DNA from: Eledone cirrhosa
Taxonomy: Eukaryota
Direction of reading: 5' to 3'
Assembly (NCBI GenBank): GCA_964016885.1
Contig: OZ024743.1
Coordinates: forward strand, 185,814,001-185,878,000
DNA length: 64,000 nt
The notes under the pieces were generated by a model. It was not told the origin of the DNA and searched no databases. It saw only the letters and a list, made by a program, of their open reading frames with translations. This document shows, in pieces, positions 42,151-53,254 of the stretch. Made by a program: the position numbers and the translations under genes. The stretch's first letter is position 1. Every line of letters begins with the position of its first letter.

Positions 42151-43847
42151 GTGATTTCTTAATTGAGAAAAGTAGCAGCTCTACCTGGAGTGACTCTCCG
42201 ATCTCCGAGTTACGCACTTTATCGAGTAATGTTACAAAGAACCTTCAGAGGAATCCCATTTTGGCCGCTTGTATTCGTGATCATATTTTTAACAACCTGG
42301 AACCAGTTGATTGTCTTTCTGGAGTTTATAAAATTGTGAAAGCAAACACATTGGTGAATGAGGTTTTCTTTTAATAGTTCAATATTAAAAGATTTCTCAG
42401 GCATAGTTTTTCCATGTGAAGCTGATATATTTATCATCTTTTCAGCTGTTGAGGAAGACCTGCAGCATTACTTTACTGGGATGACTGATCAGACTACTGG
42501 ATTAATTGAGTCTCAGACGGGATAATATAGCCTGAAGAGGATATAACGCTGTAGTACTATTCAATAATGTAATTCATCATTTCCATAAATCTAGGACTAT
42601 CAGGTGTCACTCAATCATCAAAGGTCGAGGATATTTTTTAAGAATATTCCCACAGCAAATACCACACAGATTACTCTAAAACCACAAAAAACAACACACA
42701 CAGGCTTATATTACAATTTTCTTTCCCAAATCTTTTGACATGATTGCACAAGATGTAACAATATATAAATGGAGGAATGCATTTTTTCCAGTTTGAGAAT
42801 AGTTATAGATGAATTTGTGCTAACAGTCTGAGCAGTAATGATGTTACTGTTGTTTAGCCACATGTCAAATATAAATGAGCAAACCTATAGTCAAAGGCAT
42901 TCCTGAATCCTTTTATTTGTTATGACTTAGCAGAAAGGAGAAAGTTAACCTCAAATAAAGGACCTAATTTGAATACTGGCAACAAAGTAGTCTCCACTAA
43001 AATCACCCAAGGGCTAGGTGGTAGTTTTAAAAGATGAAAGGACATGAGGGATATTTAGCTCCCTTTTCTTTCACAATTCAAAGGGTCACATAACAGCTCT
43101 CATTGGATTGATGTCATGGAGGAATTCATTAAGGTATATATTAATGAAAGATGAATAAAAGGTGTTATTAATAAAAACGGAAGTGACCGAGAGGAAAATA
43201 TAGATAGATACCAGTGAAATGTCTCAGTTGATAGTATGGCGATAAGAACAGCTTCATCTATACAGTTTGCAATGAAGAAACTAACTCAAAGAAATCATAT
43301 CAAGGTATAAATAAAACATTAAAGTTTTTGCTATTGCAACTTCGCAACTCTTTTCAGATACATTTACCTTGCTACTGTGCTTCCACTGTAAAAAGAATGT
43401 AATAAACTGCTGTGAAGAATGATTTTTTTTCTTAAATTTATCCAAATTTATTACAAGCGATTTTTTTTGTTTTGTTTAAATAGTAAACAGTACATTTTCT
43501 GGGAACAATTTGAATAAGCTTTAAAAGAACAGCATATGACAGAGCCTTTATTTAGTATTGCCAATTTAGTTAATTATGAACTAGATGTAGATGTCACAAC
43601 AAAACAGCACCAAGTCCACACTGTAAAGTGGTTGTGTAGGCGCCACAGTAATTAGCACCCAATACTCACTGTAAATGAGGTTGGTGTTAGGAAGGGTATC
43701 CAGCTTTAGAAATCAAGCCAAAATCAGTTCTGTATGAGCAAGACATGGTCACCTGATCTGGCATTGCCCACAACAGGACAACTCGTCTAACCCATGCTAG
43801 TGTGGAGGAATGGATGTAAAGCAGTGATGATGATGATGTAGCTAATT

Positions 43848-44063
43848 TTAACCCTTTAGCATTTAAACCGGCCATATCCAGCCGGAATTCTCTCACCTCT
43901 CTCTGTTCAAACTGGCTGTGACCAGCCGCTCATACTGATGTTAAGGTATTGTTCTCAAAATAAATAATATCAAAATCTCATAGATTCAATATTATGTAAG
44001 GTAAAGCCTTTACTGCAAAAATACAATAGTAAATATAGAGTAATTTAAATGCTAAAGGATTCA
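43848..44063. mobile_element. piggyBac-like MITE, copy 2 (inverted relative to copy 1)
   Basis: TTAA-CCCTTTAGCATTT...AAATGCTAAAGGA-TTCA; the interior is the reverse complement of copy 1. Confidence 0.72.
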
Positions 44064-44261
44064 GACAACATAGTTAAAGAAAATAGCTGCAAATTTCATT
44101 AAATTTTTAAATAATCTAGTGAATTGTAGCTAGCTTTCGTTGTTAGTATTTTTATAATTTAAATCAGATGTTCTACTCCTACTCAGGTAAATTTAGCAAT
44201 TTAGGGTGTAATTATTACAGTTTTTGGTCTTATTTGTGCCAGTCACCAATCTGGTACTTTC

Positions 44262-45665
44262 TCAAGTGCACTCTACATGTGAAGAAGTTCAAATATCTCG
44301 AGGCCGTGTTCATGAGTGACGAGAGACAGGAGGCTGAATTAAGTGCAAGAATTGCAGGAGCTGGTGCAGTAATGCGCTAGCTTCAGCATTTGGTAATCAG
44401 AAGAGAAGTATGTGTAAAAACCAAACTCGCTATCTTCAATTTGGTATTTGTGCCAACTCTTACCTACGGTCATAAATCTTGGGTAATGATTGAAAGAATA
44501 TGATCATGAATACAAGCAACCAAAATGGCGGACCTCAACAAAAAATTGATCTAAAGAGATCAGAGAGCTGGAAGAAATAATGAAAAGCATTCCATCTGAT
44601 GTTTTAATAACTCTGCCAATTTACTGCTGGATTTTAGTAAAACAAAATAGACATTTCTATATGTATAGTGGTCAGTTAAAATTAGATAAATGTGGGTGCA
44701 CTCATCATCAGGAAGGGTACATGATGGGGAGGACACTAAATTTAGCCACACGCCACTGTTTGTGGGAGTATTGCCAAGAAGTATAATTTTGCTTTGCCGA
44801 CCTTGAAAAGGCATATGACCGCGTTCCTCAGGACCTGCTGAGGAAGGTTGTGGAGGAGCATGGGATTGATGGTCAGCTCTGATGTCTCTATACAAATGTC
44901 TGAGTAGTTGTGTCCAGATAAATGGTGCTAAATCGAAATCATTCAATATGGGAGTCAGAGAGAATATGATCTTCCACTTGATAGGTGTGATGTTGAGTGC
45001 TGCATGGTAGGAATGAAAATCAGTGCTGCGAAAATTGAGACAGTCGTCCTCGAAAGGAAGTCTGTGCAGTGCACTCTACATGTGAGTGGAGTTCCACTGA
45101 AGCAGATAGAGAAGTTCAAGTATCTCGAGGCCATGTTCACGACTGATAGAAGGCAGGAGCTGGTGCAGTAATGAGCCAGCTTCAACATTCAGTAATCAGA
45201 AGGGAAGAAAGCGTAAAAGCCAAACTCAGTATTCATGCCAACTATTGCCTATGGTCATGAATCTTGGGTAATGACTGAAAGAATACAATCATGAATACAA
45301 GCGGCCAACATGGGTTTCCTCTGAAGGGTCTTTGGAGTAATATTACTCAATAAAGTGCATAGCTCGGAGATCAGAGAGTCGCTACTTCTCTGAATTGAGA
45401 GATCACAGCAGCAATATTATGGGCATATGGTTAGAATGTCTCAGGAAAGAATTGCTGGACAGATTTTATGGGCAAAACCAACCGGCAGGAGACCCAGGGA
45501 TTGATCCTGAGCAAGATGGTTGGATAACATCCATAAGCTTGGCTGGTCTCACTTGGGGATCCAGCAAGATCAGTTGGAGACGGTTGCTTCTGACAGGACC
45601 CGCTGGAAGGAGTGTTTGAGGATTCTGCCACCACAGCCCTCCCAGGAATAAGTGGGTGAAGAAGA
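44262..45665 (+). mobile_element. Two overlapping fragments of a second RTE-like LINE family (a third, inverted fragment at about 9700-9965)
   Basis: KFKYLEAVFMSD/KFKYLEAMFTTD, CFADLEKAYDRVP and YGHESW motifs; 44262-44530 resembles 45065-45315. Confidence 0.75.
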
Positions 45666-47760
45666 AAAAGAAGTAGAGGTTTCTATGGATGGATGCCAAC
45701 CACTTTACAGCCTGTATTGGGAGTATTATATTGTGACTCCAGCATTACCACCTTACAGGGTCGACTGGATATTTAAAAAAAAAATTTTATTGTAGCTCGA
45801 CCTTACAAGGTGGACTGGGTTCATTTCAGAGACGGTTGCATCTGAAAGGACCCGCTGGAAAGGGTATTCCCTCTCAGAAATATGTGGGCGAAGAAGCCGC
45901 CGCTGTTCTGATATGAGACAGAACGGAAGCAAGCAAAATGGTGTTGGTGCAAAAAAGACTTGATCTGCATGCAGGTTGACCTGCATTTCATGTCGTCCCA
46001 GTTGCATTGGTATCCTGCATACAGTGAGGCCGTCCCCAACCCCGAATGTCAGAGGTGACTCGTCTCCTGTTATTCATACATTTAACATAATTTGATATTG
46101 TTCTTCGTTGAAGAGTTCAAGTCATTTTTTCTTTTTTCTTTTTGTGATGTAGCTTGGGCTAAATATCAATAACTTTTCTAACATTTATATCAAATATATA
46201 TTTTCATATTTATTTATATTTTCAAAACATCTATAATATAAAAAGTAGTTGTAAGCGTTAATTATATTTATGAATGAGTGTGCACTTTTAATAGCCATTC
46301 TAATTCTTATCTAAATATCACGTGTTGGATAACGGGTGGCAAATTTTCAACCAAATGTTATTTGTGGTAGGACAAAGTTCAAGAGCTTGAAACTATAGAT
46401 ATATACAATATATAAACTGATTGTAATCAAATAAAAAGGTAGGAGATATTGAGGATCGAAAATAATTTCGGAGTTTTGAATAGAGCTCAGTGCCCGAAGA
46501 ACATGTTTGACAAGGCTAGTTAATCAGAAACCATTAATACAAAATGAAAACAAAAACAGGTCTGCGGTTCCATAAAAGTGTAATGGGCGCTCTTCAGCTT
46601 TTGACAATGAAACATATCATTCGTTGTTGTTTAGACTCCACACAGTAGACCTACGATTAAGAGGCATTCAAACCATGACCATCTTGCCTTTTATTTTGCC
46701 TTTGTGTATCTAAGACTACATTATCTAATGGATTTTTTTTTTAAAGACAGCAATGTGCTATTTCTAGCAAGTCGAGTGACCACGTAGAAGCTACAAGTCG
46801 AGGTCGAGAGTATTTAAACACACAACGCCCTTTATTGTGTAACATTAAAATTTAGAGAAACGACTGCAGATAGTCTGTAGATATTTTGAAAAAAGAGGAC
46901 TCTATTATCTAGTCAAATTTGCAGACGAAAAACATGACTATAAAGTGTGTAGTTCATACTTTACCAAATATATGGGTATATGGGCTGACAACAGATTTTA
47001 AAATGTAATACATAAATATCAATATTTACAATAGTTTCGCCGATATGTAAATCATAAATTAACCCTTTTTGTGAACAAAATATTTCATGCAATATGTTAG
47101 AGATATTCAAAATAGCAATTAAATATTAGTAAGTTTATAAAAATTAAAATAAATAATTAAGATGTTTCGATAAAGTAAAATGTTACTCTTGTCAACACAC
47201 ACACACAAAAATAACATTATTTCACACATGCCAATGACTATACTTTCTTCGTTACTATTTGTAATTAACTTTATTCATAAACAAAATATTAACCCTATAG
47301 ACGTCAGGTCTTTGTATGTAATAATGACAGTAATGTTTATGATTTTTCTTCAGTGATAAACAAGTGAATAAATTTACATAAAATCAGGAATCGAAACAGT
47401 CGCTAACTCGGCTCGCTAGAACAGTAGTCAGAGTATTCAATAATGCACATAAAAGTTATTTATTTCGAAATAACTATAGTTTAGTGTCCCCCCACCTAGC
47501 TTTGTCCCCTTATAACCTTCTTAAAAGTACATATTTATAAAATGAAATGTCAGTAAATTGCAGTTAGGTCGTTCCCCCCTTTCATTTCCAAGCAATCGTT
47601 AGAAACTTTCCCTTTCAAAGGGGTACTTTTCAATAGATACGTTTTCGAAGGTATAGATTACGTTCCTCTAAAGAAAAAAATATCTATGACATTATCCCTA
47701 TTATATTGGAAGATAAAATTAAAACAAATTCCGAAATAACACATTGTAAATATTCAGAAA

Positions 47761-47934
47761 TACGAGGGTAGGCTGAAAAGTTCAGAGGCTAACTGTGAAA
47801 TGTAGCATGCATTAATTTAAACTGTATTAATAACTACATTGTTTCTTTCCAGGGACTATGTTGAAAAATTGAACCTCATTTGGCCATTATATGAGTATCT
47901 TAGTAAGCCTATGAACTTTTCAGCCGACCCTAAT
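47761..47934. mobile_element. Mariner-type MITE in NPC1 intron 1
   Basis: TIRs TACGAGGGTAGGCTGAAAAGTTCAGAGGCT/AGCCTATGAACTTTTCAGCCGACCCTAATA. Confidence 0.78.
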
Positions 47935-48180
47935 AAAAGTATTAAGGAACATTAACGACAATATTATACTCTTTCTTCATTCAATAAATTTTCATTATCT
48001 ATGTAAATTTCATCAACAAACATTGCATTTTAACGAAAGTTATGAAGAAACAACCAGTGCACTAAACTATAGTTATACCAATTCAATTATATAACAATCT
48101 AAGAAATAACCATTACAAAACAAAACAAAAAAGAAACTAGTTGCAACTGAACGATACGGATATATATATATAAACATTAC

Positions 48181-48243
48181 CTTTAAAACACACCAAGAAG
48201 ATAGTAACAGTAAAAAATAGAGGTGTGTATCCCGCATAAACAT
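48181..48243 (-). CDS. NPC1: NPC1 coding exon 1 (signal peptide MFMRDTHLYFLLLLSSWCVLK)
   Basis: ATG at 48243, hydrophobic signal-like peptide, donor AAG|GTAATG in phase 0, matching the phase-0 acceptor of the next exon (VSCEEGHCIWY). Not in the ORF track; assigned by phase and composition. Confidence 0.75.
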
Positions 48244-48492
48244 CGTAAATATGTATCTCTGATGTATTCCTTACGGGTTGGTATGTATATGGAACAACTA
48301 TAGTAGAGAAACTGTTCTAGTTTCCAGAGTCAGAACTGATTATTAACCCAGGAGAGAGGCGTGTATTCGAGTGTGGTTCTGTTGTTATCCTAACATAATG
48401 TGTATATAGAGGAAAGCGACACTTTGATAAGCTGTGAGAAATCACTAATGTACAGAATTAGTCAATTTCCTACTCAGTGACGGGAGAGCGAA

Positions 48493-48500
48493 TCACATGA
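48493..48500. promoter_or_regulatory. M-box/CLEAR-like element TCACATGA (TCATGTGA on the NPC1 strand), 250 bp upstream of the NPC1 ATG
   Basis: Matches the MiT/TFE (TFEB/MITF) E-box class in non-repetitive sequence upstream of a lysosomal gene; binding is inferred. Confidence 0.45.
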
Positions 48501-49474
48501 TTATTGTACGATCAGGCCACCCGAATGACTTAATACGATTGCACGATTATTATTTACCGACTTAATTTTTATCACTTATCACTACTGTTTACCTTAAAAT
48601 ATATTGCCGTGTCAATATCAAGATAACACTTATATTTTCAGTGATTTATTGTTTTTCTTTCTTTCTTAGTAAATGTTTTTTCTAACATTCTAACATAATG
48701 ATGCGCTCAACTGATATTTCACAATTTCTAAAACATGCGATTTAGTACATTCGTTACATTTAGCTGTTTATAAAGACTTTATTATCATATAACAAATATA
48801 TAAGATTAAATAGAAGTACATATATGTAATCAATTAATTGTTTACTATAAACCTTTTAAATATAATGCACAAAAATATATAATCAAAGCAAGAGAAAAGA
48901 AAAACTTCAAATCAACACCAAGTGCGTCAATCAGTCGTCGGATATTTTCGAGGACAGCCAACACACTCGCAGCATTACCGCAGGTAATAGCGATACCAAA
49001 ACGCTAGAATAGCCAAACGCGCGCGGGCATCACCTAATACGTTAGTAAAGTGAGCCGCTAACAATGGTAAGAACTTCGCTGTCAGCGGTTCAACTCAACA
49101 AAATGTCTCGAACGCCACAGGCTGGAAAAAATAGTTGCTAATTCCCGGTATTTTAGGATTTTATTCGGCTTTGAATGCAGTGGCCCTCACAGAATGTGGG
49201 AGGGGCAAAAGAGAACACAAGAATTATGAAGGGATTATATAATTCTTCATTTTGCCGAATTAAAGTAGAATTTTTTAAAAGTTGATAAAAATGGATTTAC
49301 AAACTGCTAAAGATTTCATGGTCTACCTCTACTTTTACAATGTCATTAAAATAGTTCATTATCGTCGTCGTCATCATCATTTTCAAATACATAGATTGTG
49401 GTTTCTGACATTTAACACACTTAGAAATTTCTGAATCCGTTTGGAATTCCACTCAGAATCTTGTGTCGCGTGAC

Positions 49475-49528
<54 letters not shown>

Positions 49529-50097
49529 GGAGTGTAACGCGGAGTTATTGTAGGTTCACCCGAGTGAGCACTATGTTTAGGTTCACGTCAGTATCGAGGT
49601 GTAGAGCTAGACAGAGGACGAATGGTTACTCCTTCATTATGTTTATTGGTTTGTCACGCGCGTTTCGCTACTGATCAGCTCAATGTTCGATCTGTATCAT
49701 ATACATATCATTTAACGTCCATTTTCCACGCTAGCATGGGTTAGACGGGTTTGTCCCATTAGAGACGATTTGGGTCGGGTGACCGTGTCTCGTTCATATA
49801 GGACTGCTTTTGGATGGTTTTCTAGGCTGGATGCCCTTGATAACGCGAACCACATTTGGGTGTTTTTTGCCGTGTCTCCTACACGACCACTTTACAGTGT
49901 GGGCTGGGTGTTTTGTGATACCAACATAACTTTACAGAGTAAGGATGGTGGTGTGGGGGTGTATGTGGTGGAAGTAGAGGGTGGTGTAGGTCAGCTTTTA
50001 TCACTTTGTCCCAGGACTTTCTGGGTCTTCCTACTCCATAGCTTCCATCAATTTTGATTGCCCTCCACCTTATATATATATATGTATATATATATAT

Positions 50098-50841
50098 CAT
50101 CATCATCATCATCATCATCGTTTAACGTCCGTGTTCCATGCTTGCATGGGTTTGGACGGGAGTTTTCCCACTTGAGGCAAGAGTGGTTGTCTTGCTCGCA
50201 TAGGACTGTCTGGCGGGTTTTCTACAGTTGGATGCCCTTCCTAACACCAACCACATTTACAGTGTGGGACTGGGAGGTTTTTACCGTGTTGCCTACACGG
50301 CCACATTACAGCGTGGACTGTGTGTTTTTTTGTCGTGACACCTACACGATCTCATTTGTTTCGGCCTGGATTTTGTGGCACCAACATAACTTTACATGGG
50401 GGTGGGGGGGTGTATTTAGTTAGAGATGCCTACTGACTGTAGTAGGTTTTACTTTGTATTTAGGTAACGCGGGTCTTCTCTGTTACTGAGTACCGCCAAA
50501 GGTCTCGGTCCAGTGACATTGTCTTGGAGAGGTGTAAGTGTGTGAGGTCGGAATTTATCAGCTCGTCCCAGGTTTTTCTGGGTCTGCCTACTCCGTGGCT
50601 ACCATCTATCTTTATTGCCCTGCACTTTGTTATACAGCTATCGACTTTCATGCGCATCACGTGACCATACCAACGTAGCCTTCTCTCGAGTAAACAACAT
50701 CTGATCCCTCTTATTTCTAATTTTTTCCTTAGTTCGTTTATGCTTTGCCGTTCGCGTATATTACTATTACACATCCAGCGGAGCATGCAAGCTTCGTTCC
50801 TCTCTAGTCTGCGTATATCCTCTGCACACAATGCCCAGGTC
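50098..50841 (-). mobile_element. Near-identical shorter copy of the RTE LINE at 36.6-37.5 kb
   Basis: Same C-terminal peptide (CAEDIRRLERNEA...EKTRVT) and the same 3' UTR/tail. Confidence 0.93.
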
Positions 50842-50859
50842 TATATATATATTATATAT

Positions 50860-50925
<66 letters not shown>

Positions 50926-51018
50926 ATAGAATACTATGAGCTTCTCGCTAGAACAATCTCTATACCTCTCATTTATATATATATATATAGTTATATTATA
51001 AACAACATAAGGCAATTA

Positions 51019-51078
51019 TTCCATTTACCAGTGGTTTCTTAAAAGCAAAAAATTTTGCTTTCAATCATCAGAATGAAA
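51019..51078 (-). ncRNA. Type I hammerhead ribozyme, family A copy 1 (GUA site)
   Basis: Minus strand: TTTCATT-CTGATGA-ttgaaagcaaaa..ttttgcttttaa-GAAA-CCACTGG-TA-AATGGAA; 7-bp stem I, about 11-bp stem II, short near-palindromic stem III. Confidence 0.8.
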
Positions 51079-51910
51079 AAATCCTGGTCTGTTTATTGAA
51101 TTTGGATTTTAAAAACAAAAATGCAATCTATATGAAAGTGATGCTGGAGAAAGAAGAAGGAAAGGAAAAATAAAATAAAAACACATGCAAACACACACCC
51201 ACACAAATGCATACATACACATATATATATATATATATACATACACTCATACATACACACACACATACACACATATATGTGTATATATATACACACACAC
51301 ATACACATACATATACACATACATACACACATAAATATCAACACATCCATACATACACATACATATATACAACCACACACACATATATACACACATATAT
51401 ACAGAAATATAAATATATATATATACATACACATACACATACATAGCCATACACACATACATATACATACATGCATACATACATACATACATACACACAA
51501 TCATACTTATATACACACGTACATACATACACATACATAAATGCATACATATGCATGTACAAAATTAGAAAAATATACACACACCTCTACATATACACAC
51601 GCGCAAATAAATATAAGAAAAAATATATATAAAAAATAAAATAATAAAGACTATTATACAGTTGACAGCGATACAGGCGACGAATAAATGAACAAACACG
51701 CGTGGTAAGCAATACACACAAATGCACGTACACATACATACGAAAAAGTAAATACATACACATACTCTCACACATAAATATACATATACAAATAGATAAA
51801 CACATACATACGCATACACAAACATATACATACATATACATATATATATATATATATATATAAATACAATATACATACATATACATATATATATATATAT
51901 ATATATAAAT

Positions 51911-51954
<44 letters not shown>

Positions 51955-52037
51955 ACACACACATACATACATAGCTATACAATTATACACATACAAAAAC
52001 GTACATATCACAAACACGCACAACCAAATACAAACAT

Positions 52038-52093
<56 letters not shown>

Positions 52094-52220
52094 AAAGTTA
52101 TATTTAAATTGTTGGGTTACAACTAGTAAATATTTATAACTGATATAAAAGCACTCGACAAGTATTTGGAATATATTTACGATATTAAATACATGGAAAC
52201 TATATTTATAAAACCATATC

Positions 52221-52286
52221 TATTTCATTATATATATTTCAGGGATATCATATTAACAATATGCTATGCCTTCCTCAGACAAAATA
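52221..52286 (-). ncRNA. Type I hammerhead ribozyme, family B (left arm of palindrome, mirror copy)
   Basis: Reverse complement of 52438-52503. Confidence 0.72.
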
Positions 52287-52437
52287 CAATATAAACAGTT
52301 TTATAGATAAATAGATTTGACATACCGTACAACATCGACTTGTATTTGAAAAGTTGAATTGGCAGTTCAACTTTTCAAATACAAGTCGATGTTGTACGGT
52401 ATGTCAAATCTATTTATCTATAAAACTGTTTATATTG

Positions 52438-52503
52438 TATTTTGTCTGAGGAAGGCATAGCATATTGTTAATATGATATCCCTGAAATATATATAATGAA
52501 ATA
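52438..52503 (+). ncRNA. Type I hammerhead ribozyme, family B (right arm of palindrome)
   Basis: TATTTTGT-CTGAGGA-aggcatagcatatt(gtt)aatatgatatccct-GAAA-TATATA-TA-ATGAAATA; 8-bp stem I with two G-U pairs, 12/14-paired stem II, palindromic stem III, AUA site. Confidence 0.72.
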
Positions 52504-52543
52504 GATATGGTTTTATAAATATAGTTTCCATTTATTTAATATC

Positions 52544-52629
<86 letters not shown>

Positions 52630-52725
52630 AAAACTCAATCTTAGATAATTCATATGAACCTTATATAACTCCAAAATATACATATACATATATATAGTAA
52701 TGTAATAAACAACATAAGGCAATTA

Positions 52726-52785
52726 TTCCATTCACCAGTGGTTTCTTAAAAGCAAAAAAATTTGCCTTCAATCATCAGAATGAAA
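52726..52785 (-). ncRNA. Type I hammerhead motif, family A copy 2 (GUG site, predicted inactive)
   Basis: Same fold as 51019-51078, but the cleavage triplet is GTG, which breaks the NUH rule. Confidence 0.7.
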
Positions 52786-52800
52786 AAAACCTGGTCTATC

Positions 52801-52858
<58 letters not shown>

Positions 52859-53054
52859 TATATATATATACACATACATACACATACATTTTGGTATGTG
52901 ACGGGTAAGGCAAAAAGAAAATATGGGGGGGGGGGGGGAAATACATAGGAAAAGGTGAAATATAAGGGGAGATAAGGGAGAAAAAGAATACAAGAGTACA
53001 GAACGTGGATTCAGCAGGTAAAAAAAACCGTAGTAGAAGTAAAGAGAAGGAGTT

Positions 53055-53254
53055 NNNNNNNNNNNNNNNNNNNNNNNNNNNNNNNNNNNNNNNNNNNNNN
53101 NNNNNNNNNNNNNNNNNNNNNNNNNNNNNNNNNNNNNNNNNNNNNNNNNNNNNNNNNNNNNNNNNNNNNNNNNNNNNNNNNNNNNNNNNNNNNNNNNNNN
53201 NNNNNNNNNNNNNNNNNNNNNNNNNNNNNNNNNNNNNNNNNNNNNNNNNNNNNN
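53055..53254. other. Assembly gap (200 N)
   Basis: Run of N. Confidence 1.

Larger units (their letters stand above)
52178..52546. repeat. Near-perfect palindrome, 181-bp arms, 7-nt spacer
   Basis: 52178-52358 is the reverse complement of 52366-52546 (one mismatch seen); (TA)n tracts nearby on both sides. Confidence 0.95.
50842..52900. repeat. (TA)n/(CA)n/(TACA)n microsatellite field
   Basis: Directly visible; source of the spurious YIYI/CVCV ORFs. Confidence 0.95.

Noticed and set aside
50767-52993. Many ORFs of 60-160 aa ([12 protein letters not shown])
   Set aside because: Translations of dinucleotide microsatellites.
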